From contig CM022672.1 of assembly GCA_012295275.1 (NCBI GenBank), positions 19,716,001 to 19,780,000 on the forward strand: DNA of 64,000 nt. Reading direction: 5' to 3'. Under the pieces are notes generated by a model, which searched no databases, was not told where the DNA came from, and saw only the letters and a list, made by a program, of their open reading frames with translations. Each line of letters starts with the position of its first letter. Position 1 is the stretch's first letter. Shown piece by piece: positions 14,721 to 32,470 of this stretch. Both the position numbers and the translations under genes were made by a program. Source of the DNA: Chrysomallon squamiferum. Lineage: Eukaryota; Animalia; Mollusca.

Positions 14721-15277
14721 ACAGATACATTCCCAGAGACAGGAATAACTGAATACAAAAATAAATTAAAAAAAAAAACACACGAAAGGGTACGAAACGC
14801 AGAAGAAGAAAGATAACGAACATCATAAATAAGAATTTTAAATATAATACCACGCACTTACCGTTCTGGTCGAATTTTGAAAAAATGGTTTCAACTTGCT
14901 GAACCGAGAGCGAGTCGTTGGAAGCTACGCCCGTGACAGCCAAATGAAACAGCATTCTTGCCTGCTGTACCCAGGGGCCAAGTGGGGGCCTCCCTGGACT
15001 CGCCGACACCCTGATGAATACAAGTCGTTATATTTTTACAACTGAATATTTTCTTATAAAAGTTTTAAAGTTACAGCTTTTATCTCATTGTGTAGACTTA
15101 AAACTGTTCTGGTTCTTTTATTCTTTCCTACTGTATATTCGTTTAATATCTTCTTTTTCTTTCTTTCTTTTTCTTTAATGATTATTATTATTATTATAAA
15201 CCGTATTTTCTGAAAATAAATTAATTACCCCATCATAAGGCTTGAAATATCCCTAGAGCAAGCAGCAAGCAAATCAT
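13600..15277 (-). CDS. Gene E: secreted 4-EF-hand (IMSP5-like) calcium-binding protein, 141 aa once a 1-nt frameshift in exon 1 is corrected (possible pseudogene or assembly error)
   Basis: Exons 15277-15229, 15010-14862, 14180-14013, 13658-13600, all GT-AG with phases 2,1,1. Protein [11 protein letters not shown](fs)[131 protein letters not shown] possible non-coding first exon ends at 15614 (TAG|GTAAGA). Confidence 0.85.
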
Positions 15278-15942
15278 GATGGTTTTCTACCTGAAATTAA
15301 TATATATGTAAACAGATAAGTAATATGAATAAATATTTTTAAAAACCAAGTAATAACAACCACCTCAACCACAACAGCGACCACCAAACAACGACAACAA
15401 CAACACCAACATCACTAACAATAACAGTAACAGTAACAACAATAACAACAACAATAATAATAATAACAACAGCAACAACAACAACCGATATTAACAAATG
15501 TTTAAGGTAAATGAAAATAAAAAGGCGTCTGTATACTTGTTTTTTTTTTTTCTGGTTTGAAGATTAAATAAAATCTGGTATTACACAAAACAAATACTTT
15601 CCTATCTTCTTACCTAGCGAAGTCCGAATTTGTAATATGTTTATCTGTTTCATTTAGATACGATGAGAGAAAAGCACATGTGTTTTTAGATAGTGTCTGT
15701 TATCACAGATAAAATCTGATGTGTTTAAAATACACTGCAACTGAAGTATTAAAAATGCATATCGGATACTTTATATCCGTTTATTTTAAATATATACTGA
15801 GTAAAATATGTCACTTCAGTTATACATCTATTTTCTGTATAAATAATAAATATCATTTGTGTTAGTGTTTATATACGATGGTTTATATCCACTACTGAAC
15901 TGTTTAGCAGAACTGATGTATAATTGTTGAGGTAATACTATG

Positions 15943-16870
<928 letters not shown>

Positions 16871-16879
16871 ATATATAGA

Positions 16880-17788
16880 AAGACACAGAGAGGGCGCAGA
16901 GACATACATACAGAAGATTTAGACACACACACGTCTGAGAGAGAGAGAGAGAGAGAGAGACACAGAGAGAGAGAGACACAGAGAGGCGCAGAGACATACA
17001 GAGAAGAGAGACAGACATACTGACGTCTGAGAGAGAGAGAGAGAGAGAGACAGAGACACAGACACAGAGAGACACAGAGAGAGACAGAGACAGAGACATA
17101 GAGACATACAGAGAGAGAGAGACACACTATGTCTGAGAGAGAGAGCAAGAGACAGAGACACACAGAGAGAGACACAGAGAGGCGCAGAGACATACAGAGA
17201 AGAGAGAGACACACTATGTCTGAGAGAGAGCAAGAGACAGAGACACACAGACAGAGAGAGACAGAGAGGCGCAGAGACATACAGAGAAGAGAGAGACACA
17301 CTACGTCTGAGAGAGAGAAAAGACAGAGAGACACAGAGAGAGAGACACAGAAGAGAGGCACAGAGAGAGACATACAGAGAAGAGAGAAGAGAGACACTAC
17401 GTCTGAGACAGAGACAAGAGATAGAGACACACAGAGAGAGACAGACAGGCGAGAGACATACAGAGAAGAAAGAGAGACACTACGTCTGACAGTGAGAGAG
17501 CAAGAGATAGAGACACAGAGAGACACACACAGAGGAGGCGCAGATACATACAGAGAAGAGAGAGACACACTATGTCTGAGAGAGAGAGAGAAGAGACACA
17601 CAGAGAGAGACACACAGAAAGAGACAGAGAGAGAGAGACACACTATGTCTGAGATACAGAGAAGAGAAGAGACACACACACTACACAGAGAGGAGAGAGA
17701 GAGAGAGAGACACAGAGACACACCAGAGACAGAGAAGAGAGAGACACACAGAGAGATGTTTGAGAGAGAGAGCAAGAGACAGAGACAC

Positions 17789-17819
<31 letters not shown>

Positions 17820-19600
17820 TATACAGAGAGAGAGAGAGAGACACACCACGTCTGAGAGAGAGAGAGAGACAGAGACACAGAGAGAGAGAGAGAGAGAGGC
17901 AGAGACATATACAGAGAAGAGAGAGACACACTACGTCTGAGAGAGAGAGAAAGAGACAGAGACACAGAGAGGCGCAGAGACATACAGAGAAGAGAGACAC
18001 ACTACGTCTGAGGGAGAGAAAGAGATAGAGACACAGAGAGACAGAGACACACAGAGAGAGAGACAGAGACACAGGCAGAGAGATACAGAGAGGAGAGAGA
18101 GAGAGAGAGACACACTACGTCTGAGAGAGAGAGAAAGAGATAGAGACACAGAGAGAGACACACACAGAGAGACAGAAGAGAGAGACACTATGTCTGAGAG
18201 AGCAAAGAAAGAGAGACACACTACGACATGAGAGAGAGACAAGAGAGAGAGCAAGAGAGACACACACAGAGAGACAGAGAGGCGCAGGGACATAAGAGAA
18301 GAAAGAGAGAGACACAACGTCTGAGGAGAGAGAGCAAGAGAGAGAGACACAGAGAGAGACACACAGAGAGAGACAGAGACAGAAGAGAGAGAGACACACT
18401 ACGTCTGAGAGAGAGCAAGAGACAGAGACACAGAGAGAGAGAGAGAGAGAGAGACACTATGTCAGAGAGAGAGAGAAGAGAGAGAGAGACACAGAGAGAG
18501 AGAGAGAGACAGAGAATAAAGAGAGAGAGACACACTAAGTCTGAGAGAGAGAAAAAAGAGAGACATGAGACACAGAGACATACAGAGAAGAGAGACACTA
18601 CGTCTGAGAGAGAGAGCAAGAGATAGAGACACACAGAGAGAAACAGAGAGAAACAGAGAGGCGCAGAGACATATACAGAGAAGAAAGAGACACTACGTCT
18701 GACAGAGAGAGAGCAAGAGAAAGAGACACACAGAGAGACACACAGACAGGCGCAGAGACATAGAGAGAAGAAAGAGAGACACTACGTCTGACAGTGAGAG
18801 AAGAGATAGAACACAGAGAGACACACAGAGACACAGAGAGAGACACAGAGAGGCGCAGAGGCATACAGAGAAGAGACAGAGAGACACACTACGTCTGAGA
18901 GAGAGCAAGAGATAGAGACACAGAGAGAGACAGAAAAGAGAGAGACACTAAAAGACAGAGACACAGAGAGAGAGAAGAGAGAGACACTAGAGAGAGAGAG
19001 AAGAGAGAGACACTATGTCTGAGAGAGAGAGAGAGCAAGAGATAGAGACACAGAGAGAAACAGAGAGAAACACTACGGAGAGAGAGCAAAGACAGAGACA
19101 TGAGATGCAGAGAAGAGAGAGAGACACACTACGTCTGAGAGAGAGGAAAAGACAGAGACACAGAGAGGTGCAGAGATATACAGAGAAGAGAGACACTACG
19201 TCTGACAGTGAGGGAGCAAGAGATAGAGACACAGAGAGACAAACAGAGAGGCGCAGATACATACAGAGAAGAGAGAGAGACACACTACGTCTGAGAGAGA
19301 GCAAAAGACAGAGACACAGAGAGGCGCAGAGATATACATAGAGAGAAGAAAGACACTACATCTGAGAGAGAGAGAGAGACAGAGACAGAGACACACAGAG
19401 AGAAACAGAGAGGCGCAGAGACATACAGAGTAGAAAGAGAGACACTACGTCTGACAGTGAGAGAGCAAGAGATAGAGACACAGAGAGACACACAGAGAGG
19501 CGCAGATACATACAGAGAAGAGAGAGAGAAACACACTACGTCTGAGAGAGAGAGCAAGAGACAGAGAGACAGAGAGAGACAGAGAGAGAGCGAGACAGAG
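16880..19600. repeat. 2.7-kb complex GA-rich satellite with degenerate ~70-90-bp higher-order units
   Basis: Recurrent anchors CACACTACGTCTGAGAGAG, GAGCAAGAGA and GAGGCGCAGAGACATACAGAGAAG embedded in (GA)n/(GACA)n. Confidence 0.95.
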
Positions 19601-20565
19601 AGAGGGGATACATTACAGCTGAATAAAGTGATAATTTCATCTGGATGACAAACGAGGGTTCTCAGTGTATAAATGAACATTGAGCTAAGAAATGCTGAGA
19701 AGATAAAATATTGACATCACATCCAGAAGTTTGATGTGAAATTCTAGTATTATTATTTCATTTATTTTTTAATATTTATTACATTTTTATTCATTTATTT
19801 TATTTATTTATTTTATTTTTTTATTTATAAAATTAGTTAGATGTTGTACTTGAGTGTATATACGTCACAGAAAATAGGACTAATCAGTGAACTGAACGTA
19901 ATATTGTTAAGCGTCCATGCTAAACTTAGCCATCAGCAATGGCTAAGGGTGCGTAGAATTAGCGAACTGTGAAGTTAAGGATATGCTTGTTTGTTGGTTA
20001 GGAAAGAACAATACAACTGAATGGACAATTCGTCTCAAAAGAAGTTTCAGAAGAACTCCAGTCTTCACAGCGGAATTTAGTATCCCCTATACGTGAGAGA
20101 TTGCTGGGTTCTGGTTCTCATCATCTACCTATATTTTTCGAAACTTTCAGGAATTACAGATATTTCCTGGAACGCATGTATCTGAATACAAAAGTAAGTT
20201 TGAATGTGTTAAAGAGATATCAGCAAATGCTTGTGTGTGTGTGAGAGAGAGAGAGAGAAAGAAAGAGAGAGCAATGGATAAAGAAAGTAGACTGTGAGAC
20301 AGAAAAGATAAAGAAAAAAGGTTTAGCCAGAGAGTGTATGGTTTAAAAATATGTTGACTCATTCAAATGGTCGTTACTTCGTTGGTGATAGTATTGAGAT
20401 GGTTTTAAATACAGACTCCACTTTTAAACTTTAACTTTTAATAAAAATGAGACGAAAATTCAGAACCAGCTGTAGATTGTTTGGTTTTTTTTTTTTCTGT
20501 CGTTTTTGTTTCCGTAACAATGAAAATAAGTGAGAATAAATTAATGAAGTTTTGAATGATTTTAT

Positions 20566-22314
<1,749 letters not shown>

Positions 22315-23021
22315 CTTAACTGAAAATTGAAAAATTAATATTTTATTTCAATTTCAAAATAGCTTAGAAAGTTTGTGCAGAGGAATATTTTAAGGAAAAT
22401 AAATAGTTAAATAAAAATATAATATTAAATTCAGATTAATATATAGATATATATTTTTTTTTTTTTTTACTAATATGATATTTGTTATTTAAAATGTTAT
22501 CTTTTTTATCTTTATTTTTTAAAAATAAACAAAGCTTTTTTTAAATTCGAGAACACAAGCATATGTTTGATAAATTTTAAAGACATGATGGTAAAGTGCA
22601 TTCAAACAGAAAACAAACAAACAAACAAACAAACAAACAAATAAATAAATAAATAAATAAAATGTATTAAATAAAACATAATCTAGAGAAGAAATAAAGA
22701 GTGAAACAAGAATATTAAGAAAGACAGAAGAGAAAAGAAATAATATATGGAAAGAGAAAGAGAGAGAAATAAAGAGAATGAGAGATAAGAAGAGAGAGTG
22801 GGTTATAGAGAATGAGAGACAGAGAGAGACAAAGAGAGAGAAATAAAGAGAATGAGAGATAAGAAGAGAGAGTGGGTTATAGAAAATGAGAGACAGAGAG
22901 AGACAAAGAAAGAAATAAAGACAATGAGAGATAAGAAGAGAGAGTGGGTTATAAAGAATGAGAGACAGAAAGAGACAAACGGGGAGCGAAGAAGAGAAAA
23001 CAAAAAAGAAAGGAGAGACAC

Positions 23022-23096
<75 letters not shown>

Positions 23097-23817
23097 ACAT
23101 TACAGATGAATAAAGTGATAATTTCATCTGGATGACAAACGAGGGTTCTCAGTGTATAAAGGAACATTCAGCTAAGAAATGCTGAGAAGATAAAATGTTG
23201 ACATCACATCCAGAAGTTTGATGTGAAATTCTAGTATTAGTATTTCATTTATTTTATTTATTTATTTTTATTTATTTATTTATAGAATTAGTTACATGTT
23301 GTGGTTGAGTGTTTATACGTCACAGAAAATATTTATTCCTGAACATTTTTGAAAATAGGAATAATCAGTGAACTGAACGTAATGTTGCTAACCGTCCATG
23401 CGAAACTTAGCCATCAACAGTGGCTATGAGTGTGTAGAATTAGAGAACCGTGAAGTTAAGGATATGCTTGTTTGTTGGTTAGGAAAGAACAATACAACTG
23501 AATGGACAGTTCTTCTCAAAAGAAGTTTTAGAAGAACTCCAGTCTTCACAGCGGAATTTAGTCTCCCCTATACGTGAGAGATCGCTGGGTTCTGTTTCTC
23601 ATCATCTACCTCCGTCCTGAAATTCTCCATCGTCTGCAGTGATAGCAACTGCACTGCCTCATTTCTGAGTGATTCAGATATTATTACATATTTTTTGAAA
23701 ATTTTAGGAATTACAGATATTTCCTGGAACGCATGTATCTGAATATATAAGTAAGTTTGAATGTGTGAGAGTGATTTCAGCAAATGTGTGCGTGTATGTG
23801 TATGTGTGTCTGTGTAG

Positions 23818-23928
<111 letters not shown>

Positions 23929-24229
23929 AATGGATAAAGAAAGTAGACTGTGAGACAGAAAAATAAAGAAGAAAGGTTTAGACAGAGAGAGAATAGTTTC
24001 AAAATATTTTTGTCATTCAAATGGTTGTTACTTCGTTGGTGATAATATTGAGATGGTTTTAAATACAGACTCCACTTTTAAACTTTTAATGTCCTTTTTT
24101 TTAATAAAAACGAGACGAAAATTCAGAACCAGCTGTAGATTGTTTGTTTTTTTGTTTTTTCTGTTGTTTTTGTTTCCGTAACAGTGAAAATAAGTGAAAA
24201 TAAATTAATGAGATTTTAAATGATTTTAT

Positions 24230-26274
<2,045 letters not shown>

Positions 26275-27378
26275 CTTAACTGAAAAATTTAAAAATTAAT
26301 ATTCCATTCAAATTCAAAATAGCTTAGAAAGTTTGTGCAGAGAAATATTTTGAGGAAAATAAATAAATAAATAAAAATATAATATTGAATTCAGATTAAT
26401 ATATATATAATATATATATTTACTAATATGATATTCTGATATCTGTTATTTAAAATGTTATCTTTTTTATCTTTATTTTTTAAAAACAAGTAAAGCTTTT
26501 TTTAATTCGTGAACAAAAGCATATGTTTGATACATTTTAAAGATATGATAGTAAAGTGCATTCACACAAAAAACAAACAAATGAGAATGAGAGACAGAGA
26601 GAGACAAAGAGAGAGAAATAAAGAGAATGAGAGATAAGAAGAGAGAGTGGGATATGGAGAATGAGAGACAGATAGAGACAGAGACAGAGAAATAAAGATA
26701 ATGAGAGAGAAATAAAGAGAATAAGAGACAGAGAGAAAAGAGAGAGAAATAAAGAGAATGAGAGATAAGAAGAGAGAGAGATAAAGAATAAGAGACAGAG
26801 AGAGACAAAGAGAGAGAAATAAAGAGAATGAGAGATAAGAAGAGAGAGTGGGTTATAGAGAATAAGAGACAGAGAGAGACAAAGAGAGAGAATTAAAGAG
26901 AATGAGAGATAAGAAGAGAGAGTGGGTTATAGAGAATAAGAGACAGAGAGAGACAAAGAGAGAGAAATAAAGAGAATGAGAGATAAGAAGAGAGAGTGAG
27001 TTATAGAGAGTGAGAGACAGAAAGAGACAAATATGAGATAAATAGAGAAATTATGATAGAATGAGAGAAAAAGAGACAAACGGAGAGCGAAGAAGAGAAA
27101 ACGAAAGAAGAAAGGAGAGACGCTAAGAGAGGGGTAGGGAGAGAGAGAAAAAAAAAAAAAACACAATGGAGGAAAAGTATAACAAAAAGAGAAAAAATTA
27201 TGAAGAGCTTTTGAAAAATTGATATAACTGTGCAATAGGCTAAAGGCAGAAAAAATATATATTATCCCTACACATCTTTAAATATCACCCTAATTTAATT
27301 CTGATATATATATATATATGTATATAAATATGTATGTATTCAGAGAAAGATCTGTTACAAATAAATGTAAAAACTCAC

Positions 27379-27490
27379 TTGGTTTGTCTTGTTAAAAATG
27401 GTGACAAGCAAATTAGTAAAACCAAACAGATGTGTTATCTAGCTGAGTGGTGGTAACTTTATCTCCGGCAGGTCAAATATTATATCTCTT
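27379..27490 (-). promoter_or_regulatory. Putative non-coding first exon and promoter region for gene C
   Basis: Strong donor CAA|GTGAGT ending at 27379, TATA-like TATAATA at ~27478-27484 on the minus strand, and a TTTTTCAG acceptor 5 nt upstream of the gene C ATG that needs an upstream exon. Confidence 0.45.
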
Positions 27491-27596
27491 GACCTAGAAC
27501 ACATTGCCTTTGTTTGTATGTGTCCGTTTGTGTGTGTGTGTGTGTGTGTGTGTTTATTTATGAGTGTCTAAATACATGCAAACCCAGACACACATA

Positions 27597-27745
27597 TACA
27601 GTCAGAACTGTAACTCCGATCACCTCTGTAACTTGACTATCTCTGTAAATGAGCCATTTTTATCACCGTCTTAAATTACTGATATGATTTAGCACTGTAT
27701 TTTTATTCTGTAACTCGACCACCTCCAAACTCCGTACTTCGACCT
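27597..27745 (+). mobile_element. Possible degenerate end of a Tc1/mariner-pogo-type MITE
   Basis: TA-CAGTCAGAACTGTAACTCCGATCACCT start with internal re-iterations (TGTAACTCGACCACCT), reminiscent of pogo/Tigger TIRs. No partner TIR was identified. Confidence 0.25.
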
Positions 27746-28774
27746 TTGATCTCAGTCTTATGTCAATGTTCGTCATCCAGTATGTCGATTGGGGTCAACC
27801 TCTGGTCTTGTTTAGGCTCACAGTTAATGTGCTGGTTGACAATAATATATACAATTAATTTGTGTTTTCTGGCGACCAGTTCTTGCAAGTGTGAGTGTGA
27901 AAAGAAATAAAATGGACTTCTATTTTTTTTTTCATTATTATTTTGAAGTTATAAATGTGAAAAATAATTCTCATTTACTCATAAAATTAATACCATTACT
28001 TCGCATTACGTTATAAGAAAATGGGGTAAATTACATCTGTATCAAAGAACACGTCAATATTTAGAACCTTATATTCTACTACAAAGGAACAATTTGTTTT
28101 TCATTACTGACATTAATATTCAGATCTCTTAACCAACAAACATATTAATATTTAGATAATTCAAAATGAACTACGGAATTCTTTAATATTCAGACCATTT
28201 TGTTGTACTTAGAAACACTTTAAAAAATTACACCAATTTTTAGGACTACGCAATGTTTAATAATATTGAGACAATATAACTGTACTAAGAAACACTTTAA
28301 TGTTTAAACCATTTTGTTGTACGAAGAAAAACGTTAATATTTAGACCATTTTTCCCAGCTAAAAAATGTTTGGATAATTATTCAGCGTGATTATACCCTT
28401 TTTATTGCATATACTGTTTACTCATTTTGTTTGGTGTTGTCTCGTACCCAGTCTGATAAATACAAATGTAATATATGTGTGTGTTTGTGTGTGTTATAAT
28501 GAATTACTAGTACTGATATTATCTCTCTGGTGAACAGAAACGAGAAAATCATTAATAACGATGATCTGATTACAGAGAAGATCTTTATTTGATAATAATT
28601 AGAATACAAACTAAAAAATGAATATCTAAAACGAAGGATTCTACGGATACACAGAAGTAACATCAGCTGTTCGTCCGAGCAGTAACTGAAATGAATTCTG
28701 AAGATGAAGTAATAATTTATAGTAGGGGGAGTCAATACAACTTTAATAATCAGAAGTTTGAAAAGCACGACGTC

Positions 28775-28951
<177 letters not shown>

Positions 28952-29242
28952 TTATGCTCAAAATCACATATTTCCTGAAGTAATTCTTTTGTTTTAGTTT
29001 TCTTGTCATATTTCTATTTCACATAATTGTTCTCCACACATTATGCTTAATACACTAATCTAAAACTAATGTTATTAATATTTAAGATCGAAAACCATTT
29101 TTAAATATTAGTTAATACTACTACTAATGTTCACTTGGAACAATGATAAAATTACAAATATTAAAAGCATAAGGAAGCAATAATTATTAATATTTACACA
29201 TTTTAAACACACCTAGCTAATGACGAACAGTAGATCTAACTG

Positions 29243-29411
29243 TTACAACGACCTGGGTAGTAGATCAGCCATCTATAAATAAAATAAAATAAAATAAAAT
29301 AAAATAATATATATATACACATACATCAAATACATTTTAGATAAATCGATGAAATAGAAGTTCAGCATAACAAAATCACCACCACCACCAACAACAGCAG
29401 CAACAACATCA

Positions 29412-29448
<37 letters not shown>

Positions 29449-29477
29449 TAACAATAATGATAATAAAAATAATGATG

Positions 29478-29511
<34 letters not shown>

Positions 29512-29798
29512 TATTCAGTATGACACTGATCAGTGATAAATAAAAACAGTAATAATAGATAAAATAAAAGAGACGTACTTTGATTAGTTCCACTATATCT
29601 ATTTTATGGTCATCTGAAAAATAAAGACAAAATCAGCCGTTTACATTAGTAAGTAATTTATATATATATATCTGCGTGGCTGTGTGTGTTGTTTATGTAT
29701 AGCCTGTGTACATATGTATGTATGTATGTATCAATGTATGTTTGTTTGTATGCATATGTATGTATGTTCTTTTTCTCTCTTTTTCTGGTGATCTGTAT

Positions 29799-29897
<99 letters not shown>

Positions 29898-30602
29898 CAC
29901 ACACACACTAATACACTTATCTACTTGTCTCTTTTCTATATACCTACTATATTTCTATATAAATCTATTTAACTACCTACTTACTGTTTGTTTGTTTATC
30001 TATTTATTTCTCACTGTCTTCATATTCTAAAATATTTTTCTCATTTAAAACTTTCTGTGACTTACGGTTGGCGTCGTATCGTCTGAAAAGGACGTTCATG
30101 TCATGTGTTTTAATGGCGTGGTCGTGGTTGCTGTCGAGATTTCGAAAGAAGACGTCGGCATCGGTAATAGAGCCAAACACGGAATGCGTCCATCCTTGAT
30201 CAAACTCTGTCTTAGAAACTGAATGATCGTCTGGAATGTGTTTATAAAACTGTACTTAGTTCATTATATGCTGTATGTAACGTGTGCGTTGTTGCATAAC
30301 AGTACTAGGAAACAAAGACTTCATTTTGTGTACGTTGCACATTGTTAATGGATATTGAGTGCTTTTATGTTTTGAAGGATGATAAAATAGTGATTATTAA
30401 TGGGGGTTTTAAGATAAAGCGTAAAATACAGTTGCATTGAAGAAAAAGTTAAACAGGAATGATTTAATAATAATAACAAATAAATAAATAAATAAATCGT
30501 AGTATTAGTAATAATTTTAACTGTAGTAATTGTAGTACTAGTAGTAGTAGTAGTAGTAGTAATAATAATAATAATAATAAATAATAATGATGATGATAAT
30601 TA

Positions 30603-30646
<44 letters not shown>

Positions 30647-31102
30647 ATAATAATAATAATAATAATAATAATGATAATAATAATAATAATAATAATAGCA
30701 ATAGCAATCATAACAATAAAACAACATTTTTTTTTTTCAAAATAACAAAACAACAACAACAACAACAAAAAAAAAAAAAACCACAAAACAAAACAGCAAC
30801 ATCGATAAATAAGAAGAAGATGAATAAGAAAAAGAAAGAAAAAAGGAAAAATGCGATGTTTGTACAGACAAGTAATCAAACTGTAAACAGCAGGACACTG
30901 GATGTTACGACACAGAGTACATTTAAACGATCGAAAACGTACGATTCGAGTCAAATGAAGAAAAGAGATGATCAAACTCTGACAGGTCGAGATGCTCATT
31001 TTTATTAGCATCAGCTCGTCCAAACAACACAGCTAGAGGAGATTCCATGTAGATCTGAAATATATGTATATACACACACATACACACACGTACACACATA
31101 CA

Positions 31103-31134
<32 letters not shown>

Positions 31135-31197
31135 TACACACACACACACATACACACTCACACACATACACACACATACACACACACAAACACAGAT

Positions 31198-31236
<39 letters not shown>

Positions 31237-32429
31237 TAGACACACATATATGTTTGTGTGCATGTATTTGTATGTATTTTTATGCGTGTATGTATTTGTT
31301 TGTTTGTATATTTGTTTTATGTGTGTGTGTATGTGTGTGTGTGTATGTGTGAACATTCATAAAATAACATACGGTCTACATAGATGAAGCGTATTTACAA
31401 ACAAATAAATGTAATTATTTGTAAAATGTAAAATGTAGAACAGTGAATTAAAAATAAAAAGAGAAACTTCCACTTTAACATAATAATATAATAATATTGT
31501 TATTTAACGTTATATTTTTGCTGCTTTATTGTTCCATTAGCGGTAAGAATCTTGTAAATGCATTTTACCACAGATAAAAGATTTAACAGGAAACATTTTA
31601 ACTAGGACAGTCGAAGGTCTTAATCCTGCACTCTATCAAACTTAATAACCATTGAACTGTATCTTTTGTTAATCTTCAAATATACCACAACGACTGTTAT
31701 CTTAACAGCACTTTGAAAAAAGGAGCAGACCAATATAAATAATAATAATAATGATTATTTTCTAATACAGGTAAGCTGAAACCTCACTCTTTGCCATTTC
31801 CTGTTAAATTCTTGGGCTGACACTTTTCCATTACCTGAAACGAATTGTTAATAATTGTAAATTCAGAAATGAATTCTTATAACGGCTTTTGAGTACTCAC
31901 CAAAAAATGCCACAAAAATAATAAAATTACAACGTTGTTTTTTTAAATAAATTATTTAATATAATTCTTTATTTCTGCAAGTTATTGTTATTTTTATTTT
32001 TGGGGGATGCCTATCGTGACAAAACGTGACAAGACAATTATATTCCAACAAAACATTTTAACGCCGCCATTTTACTCCTTCGTAACTTGTAACGTGATGT
32101 TAGCGCGGACTGATAGATGTATTTTTTCTGACATTAGAAAAAGTTTTAAATCAAATTTTTCGCAATCTACGTGTTGACATTTCAGTGGTAGAAAAATGAC
32201 ATCGGACTAAAAAAAGTAATAATAAAAAATAAATAAAAAATAAAATAATTAAATAACTAACTAAATAAACAAACAAAAAAACAAACAAACAAATAAATAC
32301 ATAAATAAATAAATAAATAAATGTTATAACCTGAATGCATGCAGAAAATATTTAAAATATTTCTTTTCTTACACAAAGAGAACTGTGAGTTTTCTTTCTT
32401 GGTTGTTATTTTAAAACAATATTTATATA

Positions 32430-32470
<41 letters not shown>

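Noticed and set aside
23530-23690. Possible alternative terminal exon downstream of gene C
   Set aside because: Candidate acceptors give only short peptides without a complete EF-hand, and ~80 bp of it is deleted in the gene D copy.
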